Shown here: positions 10,852 through 20,377 of the stretch, one piece after another
Position numbering within the stretch: the stretch's first letter is position 1
Layout: each line of letters starts with the position of its first letter
NCBI GenBank assembly: GCA_048941285.1
Contig: JBHLNS010000026.1
Span: forward strand, 1-47,640
From: Promethearchaeota archaeon
GTDB taxonomy: Archaea; Asgardarchaeota; Lokiarchaeia; Sigyniarchaeales; SOKP01
Reading direction: 5' to 3'
DNA: 47,640 bases
Program-made: the position numbers and the translations under genes
Notes under the pieces: model-generated
Told to the model about the DNA's origin: nothing
The model's database searches: none
The model's input: the letters and a program-made list of their open reading frames with translations, nothing else

Positions 10852-12213
10852 ATGGTACATCAAAAAGATATTGTTAAAAGGTTCAAAAATTTGTCTACAT
10901 TGATGAAAACTGCTAGAAATGATAAAATAACCAAAGAAATGGAAGTTGTTGCTAAGAACGAACAATTAGATGTTGAATTCATAAGGAGAGGGCTAGAAAG
11001 AGGAAGAATCATTATTCCTAAATCGAATAGAAGAGAATTGGATCCCCCTATTGGTATTGGTAAAGGATTACTTGTAAAAATTAATGCGAATATTGGTTCT
11101 TCTAAAACTGTTTGTAATATCGACAACGAACTAGAAAAAGCTAAAACTGCAGTTAAATATGGGGCTGATACAGTTATGGATTTAAGTACAGGTATCACTG
11201 AATCGAATGTACAAACTATTAGAAAGCAAATACTTACTGAACTCAAAGTACCAATAGGAACAGTTCCAATTTATCAGTCAGCTCTAAGGGCAATAGAAAC
11301 TAAGGGCGCCATTATCCACATGGATGAAGATGACATGTTTAAAGTCGTAGAGGAACAAGCAAAAGAGGGAGTTGATTTCTTTACTATTCATGTTGGAGTA
11401 ACAAAAGAAATTGTGAATTATTTGGTTGATCACCCCAGAACCATGGGAGTTGTCTCGAGAGGTGGTACTTTCTTAGCTTCTTGGATTTTAGAAAATGAAA
11501 TCGAAAACCCCTATAATCGTAGATATGATTATTTACTTGAAATGGCTCAAGAATATGATTTTACTTTATCTTTAGGAGATGGTATGAGGCCTGGTTGTAT
11601 ATTTGATTCTACAGATTATGCACAGATACAAGAATTACTAGAAATTTCTAAATTAGTAAAGCGTGCATGGAAAGCAAATGTTCAGGTTATGGTTGAAGGT
11701 CCAGGTCATATCCCTGCTAATGAAATTGATCGAAACATCAAGTTACAAAAATCTTTATGTGATGAGGCACCTTTCTATGTCTTAGGACCGTTAGTCACTG
11801 ATATAGCTCCAGGTTATGACGATCTTGTTAGTGCAATTGGGGGTACAATTGCAGGATTAGCTGGGGCAGATTATTTATGTTATGTAACCCCTTCAGAGCA
11901 TCTCAGCCTTCCTACAAAAGAAGAAGTCAAAAGGGGTGTGATTGCGTCGAAAATTGCCGCTCATGCCGTAAATATTGCTAAATATGGAAATAGAGCCTCA
12001 GATTGGGATTATAAAATGGACATCGCACGAAAGAATTTAGATTGGGAAAGAATGATTCAATATTCTATTGATCCAGATTTAGCAAGAGAAATTCACTACA
12101 GAAACGGAAATGCAATTGATAATGAAGTTTGCAGTATGTGCGGAGAATTCTGTGCTATCAAACTTCTAAAAGATGCATTAGAAAGTAAGAAAAAATTTAA
12201 AAAGGAAAGTTAA
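10852..12213 (+). CDS. thiC: Phosphomethylpyrimidine synthase ThiC
   Basis: KINANIG, GADTVMDLST, IGTVPIYQ, SRGG, LSLGDGMRPG, EGPGH, PFYVLGPL, YVTPSEHL, C-terminal CSMCGEFC; thiD-thiN nearby. Confidence 0.93.
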   Translation: MVHQKDIVKRFKNLSTLMKTARNDKITKEMEVVAKNEQLDVEFIRRGLERGRIIIPKSNRRELDPPIGIGKGLLVKINANIGSSKTVCNIDNELEKAKTAVKYGADTVMDLSTGITESNVQTIRKQILTELKVPIGTVPIYQSALRAIETKGAIIHMDEDDMFKVVEEQAKEGVDFFTIHVGVTKEIVNYLVDHPRTMGVVSRGGTFLASWILENEIENPYNRRYDYLLEMAQEYDFTLSLGDGMRPGCIFDSTDYAQIQELLEISKLVKRAWKANVQVMVEGPGHIPANEIDRNIKLQKSLCDEAPFYVLGPLVTDIAPGYDDLVSAIGGTIAGLAGADYLCYVTPSEHLSLPTKEEVKRGVIASKIAAHAVNIAKYGNRASDWDYKMDIARKNLDWERMIQYSIDPDLAREIHYRNGNAIDNEVCSMCGEFCAIKLLKDALESKKKFKKES

Positions 12214-12221
12214 GCAACTTT

Positions 12222-12902
12222 TTATAGGATTCCTAAAGCATTTGGGCACATCTTACGACATAAATTACATTTCTTTAAGATATACCCTTTTTCTGTTTTA
12301 TAAATAGAATATTGTCTACAGGCTTTTTGGTTGACTGTATTCCCGTCCAATGCCCCTTGTGGACAAGAATCGAGACAAATTTGACAATCTGCTATACATC
12401 CTTCGTAATCTACTAAATTGTCTCCGTTTAAATCAACATTTACTAATACTGCTCCAAGTTGAATCATATTTCCATATCTATCATTTATTAATAAAGTGTT
12501 CTTTCCTAATACACCTAATCCTGCTAGATAACCTGAATGTCTTAATGATAAAATGCCTCTGCCATATAATCGTTCAGGTTCCCAATGTTCATAAGGATCA
12601 TCAGAAGGAATAGGAACACACCCTATATCTATCTCTTCAAACATCCTTACTATATTCAATGTTAGAACATCTACTTCATTAACAACTATGCTACTAAAAT
12701 GTGAGTATGGTACAAAATTTTCTGCTGAAAGCGGTGACCAAGGTACTTTTTTAGCAAAAACAATTACTGTTTTACATTCTTTATATATATCTAGAGGATG
12801 AAAACCACTGGGAGCATCATTAAATCTGTCAACGGGTGCAAAACCACACAGATCAGCCCCTAAATCTTCAATTTGATCTTTAATTTTTGAGGAGTCAATC
12901 AT
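12222..12902 (-). CDS. QueG/reductive-dehalogenase-like 4Fe-4S protein
   Basis: GADLCGFA, SLRHSGYLAGLGVLGKNTLLI, CQICLDSCP, CNLCRKMCP. Confidence 0.8.
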   Translation of the reverse strand: MIDSSKIKDQIEDLGADLCGFAPVDRFNDAPSGFHPLDIYKECKTVIVFAKKVPWSPLSAENFVPYSHFSSIVVNEVDVLTLNIVRMFEEIDIGCVPIPSDDPYEHWEPERLYGRGILSLRHSGYLAGLGVLGKNTLLINDRYGNMIQLGAVLVNVDLNGDNLVDYEGCIADCQICLDSCPQGALDGNTVNQKACRQYSIYKTEKGYILKKCNLCRKMCPNALGIL

Positions 12903-12942
12903 TATAAATTTAAATTGGTTTTAGTTTCTTATAAAAATAGAG

Positions 12943-14361
12943 TTAACAATAATCCATTTCATCAGATATTGCATCAAGTATTTTTTTTAGCTTTATTATC
13001 ATATCTTTGGCAGTTTTACCAAATAATCTCATCATCGGTTCTTTTCCTATAGCCCCTTTATCCCAAACGATATCAGGAATTTTACCATATGTCTCTGAAC
13101 TTTCTTTAATTAACCATTCCATCGTAGAGAATTCTTGTTCTTTAATTTCTTCTGGTTCTGTCTCTCTGATGATTTCCTTTAATTCTAAATCAGTTTTTTC
13201 TTGAATCAAGACTATCCAAAGTGGGCTATATTTTAAATTCATTACAAAATTAATAGATTTATCAAACTCTTTTGCTGAAAGGATCAATCTTGCGGTATGA
13301 TCAGAAACACCAAACTTAATTTCTCCTGAAGCTTTTGGAAATCCCTCTATAATTGTGATTCTTCCTTCTACTCCCGCAATATCTTCTTTTGTACTAGCAT
13401 TTGGAAGTGAACCTGAGATATTCATTCTCACTTCAGGAATTAATCTACTGGCATCTTTAGATTGAGAAATAAAATTATAAATTTCTTTAATCTGGTTTAT
13501 AAGGCTTAAACGTTCATCACTTACAGTTAAATCTAATATCTTTCCTGTATCAGGTAATTCAATAAAAGACTGAAACTTATTATCAAAAAAATTTTCTGCA
13601 TTAACAATAGCGTTTTCTAATGAGTAGCCTTTTGCTAAGAAAGCCGTAATCGCAGATGAAAAAACACAACCAGTTCCATGAACATTTCCTTCAAAAATAA
13701 TTTTCTTTTTCTCAAATAAATGAAACTTTCTTTTCATTTGTTTATTAATACTTTTATTTAGTAGAACTATATCAGAGATTTTATCATTTTTACTTCTTAT
13801 GCTTTTAATGATTACTGCTTTTTCAATATTCTTAGAGACTTCATGAAGATATAATTTATTTAATAGAATTTCAGCAACCTCTCTTAATTGACCAACATTT
13901 TCATTAGATAAAATACTCAAATCTACATTAGAATAAAAAGAAGCTTCTACAATATTAGGAGTAATTACTTTTACATAAGGAAATAGATTTCTTTCAATAT
14001 CTAATTCCAAACCTTCACTAGAAAGTCTTTCCCCCGCACTAGCAGTTGAAATTGGATCAAGAATTACATCTAGATTATAATTTCTAATAAATTTAATAAT
14101 AATATCTAGTGCTTTAACGTCTGGAATCATTCCTACTTTTACAAATTTTATTGGATAAACAGGTAATATTGCGTCTAATTGATTATTTAAATCATCTGAA
14201 AGAGATTTATAACCAATAAACTTTGTAGCGGTTTGGTATGTAATAGCTGTAATTACAGAGAAAGGATGAACTCCACATCGATCAAAAGTTCTAATATCTG
14301 CTTGAATGCCTGCTCCAGAAGTAGGATCCGCTCCCGCAATTGTTAAACAAAGAGGTTTCAT
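12943..14361 (-). CDS. thiDN: Bifunctional HMP/HMP-P kinase ThiD fused to ThiN-type thiamine-phosphate synthase domain
   Basis: LTIAGADPTSGAGIQAD, ITPN, HGTGC (ThiD); LIPEVRMN, GRIT, FGVSDHTAR, DKGAIGKEPM (ThiN). Confidence 0.92.
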   Translation of the reverse strand: MKPLCLTIAGADPTSGAGIQADIRTFDRCGVHPFSVITAITYQTATKFIGYKSLSDDLNNQLDAILPVYPIKFVKVGMIPDVKALDIIIKFIRNYNLDVILDPISTASAGERLSSEGLELDIERNLFPYVKVITPNIVEASFYSNVDLSILSNENVGQLREVAEILLNKLYLHEVSKNIEKAVIIKSIRSKNDKISDIVLLNKSINKQMKRKFHLFEKKKIIFEGNVHGTGCVFSSAITAFLAKGYSLENAIVNAENFFDNKFQSFIELPDTGKILDLTVSDERLSLINQIKEIYNFISQSKDASRLIPEVRMNISGSLPNASTKEDIAGVEGRITIIEGFPKASGEIKFGVSDHTARLILSAKEFDKSINFVMNLKYSPLWIVLIQEKTDLELKEIIRETEPEEIKEQEFSTMEWLIKESSETYGKIPDIVWDKGAIGKEPMMRLFGKTAKDMIIKLKKILDAISDEMDYC

Positions 14362-14389
14362 AATAATTATAGGTTAGGAAGAAATAAAA

Positions 14390-14974
14390 TTATTTACTTT
14401 CTTTGATTCGGTCATAAGCCCATTGGGCTTTATCATTAAGCCCTATTTTTTCATATGCTTTACCTAAGAGTAAAAACCCGTCTGGGTAATCGAATCTTAC
14501 TTTTACTAACTTAAATAAAAAATTTATAGCTAAATCAAATCTTCCTTTTAAAAAATTCGCTTTACCTAATAAAAAAAGGACTTTCATATTGTTATCATCT
14601 ATTGCTGTTTCACTATATGAATCTAAAAGTTTATCAACTGCTTCATTATACTTCTCTCTTTCTATTAGATTTTCAATAGATTCAACAAATTTTAAAAATA
14701 CCACTTTGTTAGCAACTTCTTCCATCTTTTTCATTGCTTCTTCCTGTAATTCCTTGTCTAAGGCATCCTGTTTTTCTTTTTCTTTTTGTTCCTTATAATC
14801 CTTAAATTGATCGATTAATCCTTGAGGATATGGTTCATTACATAATGGGCAATTTTGTGAATGCATTAACCATTCAGCTAGACAGGTTTTGTGAACAAGA
14901 TGTAAATTTGTACAACCCTTAAAAGAATCTGTGTTTTCATCTATATTCAAATGACAAATTATGCAAGAGGGCAT
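14390..14974 (-). CDS. RING-H2 finger - coiled coil - TPR protein (candidate E3 ligase)
   Basis: CIIC...CTNLHLVHKTCLAEWL...CPLC; charged helix; C-terminal TPRs (FLLGKANFLKG, LLLGKAYEKIG). Confidence 0.85.
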   Translation of the reverse strand: MPSCIICHLNIDENTDSFKGCTNLHLVHKTCLAEWLMHSQNCPLCNEPYPQGLIDQFKDYKEQKEKEKQDALDKELQEEAMKKMEEVANKVVFLKFVESIENLIEREKYNEAVDKLLDSYSETAIDDNNMKVLFLLGKANFLKGRFDLAINFLFKLVKVRFDYPDGFLLLGKAYEKIGLNDKAQWAYDRIKESK

Positions 14975-15154
14975 TATTAATTATCTTCTTAATTTGAAAG
15001 ATTTAACACTAACCAATTAATATAATAAATTAATAATACTAACTATTTTTAAGAATTTGCATAAACAAGATTACTACTAATATTTAGAAACACATTTGTC
15101 AAATTAGTTATATTGGAAATAACTACTTTTTAATCTTTAAATTACCTTGCAGCT

Positions 15155-15704
15155 TTAATAATTATTATGTTTTATCCTCCCCGACCAAATTAAACCATAT
15201 AAACTTACAAACACAATAACAATCACGATTATCTGGTATACTTCAACATTTTCTTTCAATATGAAATAAACAAATATCAGTGTAATTATAGGAGTAGGGG
15301 TGGTAATTCTACTTGCTACGGATGCATCTACATGCTTGATAGCATAAAACCACTTCACAAGTTCTAAGCAATATACAATTCACATTAAGAATCCGAATAT
15401 TGGAAATTCAATTCTCACTAATCCTTCAAAAACTTGAGATTCTGAAATACTCCCCTTTTTTTAGTTTAATTAATTCATAAAAGAACAAAGACATTGAACA
15501 AATTAACTCCCATAATGATAGGTAAAAAGCAAAATTTAGAGCATTTAAAGCTGAAGGTCTACTATTTGATATAATTGGTAATATTTCTAGAAGCAATAAG
15601 GATACAAGCGATAATGAAACCCCAATATTTCTATTAGGACTAAATTTTATATTCAATTTATCAGTTGAGGGAAATATGAGGGTTTTATTATGGTTTTCTT
15701 CCAT
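15155..15704 (-). pseudogene. Degraded EamA/DMT-family transporter
   Basis: N-terminal fragment 15426-15704 and C-terminal fragment (WFYAIKHVDASVAS...PIITLIFVYFILKE) in different frames; in-frame TGA in FGFLM*IVYCLEL; far shorter than a full EamA. Confidence 0.75.
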
Positions 15705-15856
15705 GATTACTAAAATATAATCTTAAAAATGAAGTAAGTAGATAATGATTATTTATCTTGAATATCCACTAAGATAAATATATAAAAATACATATTTCTA
15801 TTATAAGTGTAAATACAATTTTAAGCAAATATTGTCTATTATCGGTAAAAAAAATC

Positions 15857-17443
15857 ATGTCTATAAATAGAAATGAGCTTTTCAAGGAATTATTCAACCA
15901 ATTCTTGGAAATTAATACAGATGTAGAAGCAGTTATAGTAAGTGATAAACAAGGTTTAGTTATTGCTGGTGATAAAAGAAGTGATGTTGATATGGAGATT
16001 GTATCGGTGCTAACTTCTATAATTAATCCTATCATTGAAAGGATTCGAGATGAATTTATGTTTAAAAAATTTGGGACCGCCAGTTTTGATACGGAATTCT
16101 ACAGATTATTATTTATTTCTTTAGATGAACAAAGAACTTTAAGTGTCGTTTTAAATAATTTAGCATCAGTAGATAAAGCATCTCCTTATGCATATCTGCT
16201 GGCTGAAAAATCGGTTCAAATTCTCAATGCTGTAGAGGGTGATAATATACAGTTAACAATACCAAACTTTGAATATGAAACTGATGAAACTACTTATTCT
16301 GAAAGAGTAAAAAACCAAATATATCAAATGCGATTAGATCAAGGTGGGCTTTATCGCTTCAAATTTGTAATAATAGGAAATCATGAAGTAGGAAAAACTA
16401 GCCTTGTAAGACGTTTTGTAGAAAATAAGTTTTCACATGATTATCGTGCGACAATAGGGCTTAATATATTATCTCATTCCATTGAATTCTTTGGAAATAA
16501 TATTGTTTATTCACTTTGGGATGTAGGGGCTCAAATGTACTTTAAGCGTTTTCGCCAAACTTATTATTTAGGTACACAAGCAGCATTCATTGTCTTTGAC
16601 CTCACAAATAGAAAATCTTTTGAAAGCGTTAAAGATTGGTTTAAAGAATTAGAGGACTTTATAGGAGGTAGAGGCATTCCAATTATTATTATCGGAAATA
16701 AAACGGATCTTAAAGATCAAAGAGTTGTAGATTATGAAGAGGGAGTTAAATTAGTGAATGAATTGTCAGATAAACCAAATATAAAGATATCGTATATTGA
16801 AACCAGTGCTTTATCAGGAGAAAATGTTGAAGATGCATTTACATTGATAGCATATCATTATATTTCAAAAAGTAAAGAGGATGAAGAGGGAAGAGTTAGA
16901 GAAGATTTGGTTGAGGAACTCAATTCTATCCTAAAAGACAGAAAAGTAATTGGAGAGACATTGGATTCACTATTGACATTGACCATAATTTCTGAAAATG
17001 AATTCTGGAGTCCTGGCCTGCAAATTCTCTCTGAGATTAACGATTTAAATGATTGTGAAAAATTAAAAGATGATAGAGAAGAAAAATTATATAAATTTTC
17101 AAATGGAGTTGTTTTAAAGAATTATCTCTACCATAATTTTGATGTTACAGATTCTGATGGAGTATTCTGCATTTTTGATGCGCGAGATAAAGATCATATT
17201 GATCAAAATTGGAAAGATGTAGTGATTAAAATCATAAATGACATTCAAAAGAATAAAGTAGTATTAATTGGTATTAGAGTGTCAGATAAAAGCGATTGGT
17301 CAGCAATTATGGAAGAATTTAATGTTAACTATTTGCTAGAACAGAAAATGGTATCTTTATTATTTTTTAAGTTAGGACTCGAATATAGATTAGAAATATA
17401 TGACCAAATAAAAGTAATGTTAAATACAATTAGATATCTCTAG
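15857..17443 (+). CDS. Roadblock/LC7 domain + Rab-like small GTPase + degenerate G-domain (paralog 1)
   Basis: VEAVIVSDKQGLVIA (roadblock); G1 GNHEVGKTS, YRATIG, WDVGAQ, NKTD, ETSAL. Confidence 0.9.
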   Translation: MSINRNELFKELFNQFLEINTDVEAVIVSDKQGLVIAGDKRSDVDMEIVSVLTSIINPIIERIRDEFMFKKFGTASFDTEFYRLLFISLDEQRTLSVVLNNLASVDKASPYAYLLAEKSVQILNAVEGDNIQLTIPNFEYETDETTYSERVKNQIYQMRLDQGGLYRFKFVIIGNHEVGKTSLVRRFVENKFSHDYRATIGLNILSHSIEFFGNNIVYSLWDVGAQMYFKRFRQTYYLGTQAAFIVFDLTNRKSFESVKDWFKELEDFIGGRGIPIIIIGNKTDLKDQRVVDYEEGVKLVNELSDKPNIKISYIETSALSGENVEDAFTLIAYHYISKSKEDEEGRVREDLVEELNSILKDRKVIGETLDSLLTLTIISENEFWSPGLQILSEINDLNDCEKLKDDREEKLYKFSNGVVLKNYLYHNFDVTDSDGVFCIFDARDKDHIDQNWKDVVIKIINDIQKNKVVLIGIRVSDKSDWSAIMEEFNVNYLLEQKMVSLLFFKLGLEYRLEIYDQIKVMLNTIRYL

Positions 17444-17568
17444 TAGAGAATTATTCTTAAATTGAACTTATAAAAGTAGATCAATTGCCATTAATATTCT
17501 ATAATAAAAATCGCTATAATACATGTTATTATAAATAAGTATAAGATAATATCATATTATTTTACCGA

Positions 17569-19140
17569 GTGGAGTATCATTTGCTATTGCAAAAAAATAA
17601 GCTCTTTAGAGAATTATTTAACAAGTTTCTAGAAAGTAATAAAGAAGTAATAGCTAGTATCATATCCGATGCAGAAGGATTAATCATTGCCGGTGAAAAA
17701 AGAAAAGATATTGATATGGAATTAGTTTCTTTTTTAACTTCGATTATAAATCCTATATTAAGTCGTATGCGAAATGAGTTTGATTTTCAAAAATTCGGTA
17801 ATGCAAGTTTTGATACAGAAGAACATCGTCTTTTATTTATTTCTGTTGATGAAGAAAGAATATTAAGTGTTGTTCTAGAGAGTTATGCTTCAATAGAGCG
17901 AATGTCGCCATATGGACTTTTTCTAGCTGAAAAGGCTGCACAAATACTTAATGCTGATGAAGGAGATCTCATTCAGGTTGCAATTCCAAACTTCGAATAT
18001 GAAGCTGGAAATGTTGAGAGGTTAAAAAATCAATTATATCAAATGGAATTAGGATTAGGTGGTGAATATCGCTTTAAATTCGTTGTTTTAGGTGATCATG
18101 AAGTAGGAAAAACTTCTATTATCAGAAGATTTGTAGAAAAGAGATATACAACTGATTATAGAGCAACAATCGGACTTAATGTTCTATCTCATGAATTTGA
18201 ATTTTTTGGTAACAAAATTGGTGTGACTCTTTATGATATAGGAGCCCAAAAATTCTTTCGTCGTTTTCGTAAAGTTTATTATTTGGGAGCCCAAGCTACT
18301 TTCATAGTATTTGACCTTACAAATCGCGAGTCTTTCAAAAATATTAAAAGTTGGTATGAGGAATTAAAGCTATTTACTCCGGGCGAAGATATTCCCATCG
18401 TAATCGTTGGAAATAAAACAGATTTAACTGAGGAGAGAGAAGTATTTTATCAAGAAGGAGCAAAATTAGCTAACAATTTATCCCAAAGCGAAAAAATTAA
18501 AATTTCATATATAGAAACTAGTGCTTTAAGTGGTAGCAATGTAGAGGATGCCTTTAACTTAATTTCATATCATTATGTCATGAAAAGTAAAGAAATTGAG
18601 GAAAAAAGAAGGGGTGATATTCTGCTTGATATTATTAACTCTATCTTGAAAAAGAAAATTGTTTTTACTTTATCGTTAATAACTGAAACTTTACAATGGA
18701 GCCCTGGATTACAAATTATAACGAATATTACAAAATTAGGAAACAAATCTCTTATAAGAGATTATGATGATGAGGAAGTCTATCAGTTTACGAATGGTTT
18801 GATTATAAAACAACATCAATATTCTGCTATAGATGATATTTCAAGTTCTGATGGAATATTTTGCATTTTTGATGCTCGAACAAAAGAAACTGTAGACCCT
18901 ACGTGGAAATCAATTATAATAAGACTCATAGAAAACTCAAAAGAAAACGGAGTAATTTTAATTGGGATTAGAGCTTCTGAAAGTAGTAATTGGTCTGAGA
19001 TAATTGAAAGATTAAATGTAGATGAATTTCTTGAAAACAAAATAGTAGACCTCTTATTCTTCAGAATTGGCGCTGATTTTAGGCTTGACATTTTCGATCA
19101 ACTGAAAGTAATGCTCTCTGCTATCGATAATAAATATTAA
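17569..19140 (+). CDS. Roadblock/LC7 domain + Rab-like small GTPase + degenerate G-domain (paralog 2)
   Basis: VIASIISDAEGLIIA; GDHEVGKTS, YRATIG, YDIGAQ, NKTD, ETSAL; colinear with paralog 1; start may be slightly downstream. Confidence 0.9.
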   Translation: MEYHLLLQKNKLFRELFNKFLESNKEVIASIISDAEGLIIAGEKRKDIDMELVSFLTSIINPILSRMRNEFDFQKFGNASFDTEEHRLLFISVDEERILSVVLESYASIERMSPYGLFLAEKAAQILNADEGDLIQVAIPNFEYEAGNVERLKNQLYQMELGLGGEYRFKFVVLGDHEVGKTSIIRRFVEKRYTTDYRATIGLNVLSHEFEFFGNKIGVTLYDIGAQKFFRRFRKVYYLGAQATFIVFDLTNRESFKNIKSWYEELKLFTPGEDIPIVIVGNKTDLTEEREVFYQEGAKLANNLSQSEKIKISYIETSALSGSNVEDAFNLISYHYVMKSKEIEEKRRGDILLDIINSILKKKIVFTLSLITETLQWSPGLQIITNITKLGNKSLIRDYDDEEVYQFTNGLIIKQHQYSAIDDISSSDGIFCIFDARTKETVDPTWKSIIIRLIENSKENGVILIGIRASESSNWSEIIERLNVDEFLENKIVDLLFFRIGADFRLDIFDQLKVMLSAIDNKY

Positions 19141-19153
19141 GGGAAGATTAAAA

Positions 19154-19714
19154 TTGGATATTATTATTAAACCATTAATTCCAGACCTCGTTGAGGATTT
19201 TCTCCATTTTTTTGATTCAGTTGCATTTTCAGATAATCCTAATTGGGCAGCATGTTATTGTCACTGTTATCATTTCAATGGAACAATGAAACAATTTATT
19301 AAAAGAACAGCAGAAGAGAATAGAGAATCGTCAAAAGATTTAATTATATCAGGAAAGATGCATGGTTTTATTGCTTTTGATGAGGGGAAACCAATAGGTT
19401 GGTGTAATGTTAATTCAAAGGAAATTTATGCTAAAATACCTTATGAGGAAAAATCAGAGGATAAAATCGCTTCACTTATTTGTTTTGTTATTGCCCCTTC
19501 ATATAGAAAACAAGGAGTGGCTAGACGGCTGCTAAGATTTGTATGTTCTAGTTCTAAGAATGATGGATATGATTTAATTGAAGTATATCCTATGAAGGGG
19601 CAAAAATTATCAGATGCTCATAGTTATCGAGGACCATTTTCATTATATATCTCTGAAGGGTTTTCTATTTATAAGGAATTTAAAGACTTTTATGTAATGC
19701 ATAGAAAACTCTGA
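19154..19714 (+). CDS. GNAT N-acetyltransferase
   Basis: WAACYC, CFVIAPSYRKQGVARRLL acetyl-CoA motif A, IEVYP, GF. Confidence 0.88.
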   Translation: MDIIIKPLIPDLVEDFLHFFDSVAFSDNPNWAACYCHCYHFNGTMKQFIKRTAEENRESSKDLIISGKMHGFIAFDEGKPIGWCNVNSKEIYAKIPYEEKSEDKIASLICFVIAPSYRKQGVARRLLRFVCSSSKNDGYDLIEVYPMKGQKLSDAHSYRGPFSLYISEGFSIYKEFKDFYVMHRKL

Positions 19715-20022
19715 TTTCAATGTCCATTTAATTTTGATCATCGATTGGGCAAATATTTATAGCTTTTTAGACTTTTCCGGTAATAATATTTAAATTTAAA
19801 AAAAATCTCAGATCTAAAAGCTCAGATCCATATCTATCAGCTTTCTTTTCAAACATCGCAATTCTGTCGATCGGACGAAATTATTAACCAAAACATATTC
19901 TATCGAAAATTTTACGCAACTTTTAAATATTTGAAAGAAGTAATATAACATAATAAAGTTCTTATTGAAAAATTTGGACTTTGAAGAATAATATTCAAAA
20001 TTAAAAGTGGAGGAATAATAAA

Positions 20023-20235
20023 ATGGCCAAAAAAGTTTTTGCCTGGTCCCCAGTACGTAAGTTAATGAAAGATAATGGTGCTGAAATGGTCGCTCGAGAT
20101 GCTGTTGATGCCTTAATTGACTACTTAGAAAAATTAGCAAAAGGTATGACAAATAAAGCTCTTGAAATGACCCGACATGCTGGAAGAAAGAAACTCACAC
20201 TAGAAGATATGGACTTGGCAATGAAAATCAAATAA
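20023..20235 (+). CDS. Archaeal histone (HMf family)
   Basis: PVRKLMK..GAEMVARDA...A..MTRHAGRKKLTLEDMDLA histone-fold signature; GGAGG SD about 8 nt upstream. Confidence 0.95.
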   Translation: MAKKVFAWSPVRKLMKDNGAEMVARDAVDALIDYLEKLAKGMTNKALEMTRHAGRKKLTLEDMDLAMKIK

Positions 20236-20377
20236 ACTATAAAAAATAATAATATTATAAAATATTTTTTTTTCTTTCTATTTCTTATTTTATACAAAAT
20301 TTCAAATCTAAAAAATTAAAATGATAAAGAATCATTCAGTTATTTTAATTTAAAAATTAATTTTGAAAGGAAAGATT

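Noticed and set aside
10852-12213. BzaA/B/F (benzimidazole synthesis) rather than ThiC
   Set aside because: Cannot be excluded by motif alone, but proximity to thiDN and the absence of cobalamin genes favour ThiC
15359-15425. In-frame TGA as selenocysteine/readthrough in the EamA remnant
   Set aside because: It falls in a membrane helix where Gly (GGA) is plausible; the gene also has a frame break and a large deletion, consistent with decay
19814-20152. 112-aa minus-strand ORF and possible ncRNA upstream of the histone
   Set aside because: The ORF overlaps the histone antisense and has non-coding composition; no convincing RNA stem pattern found in 19715-20022
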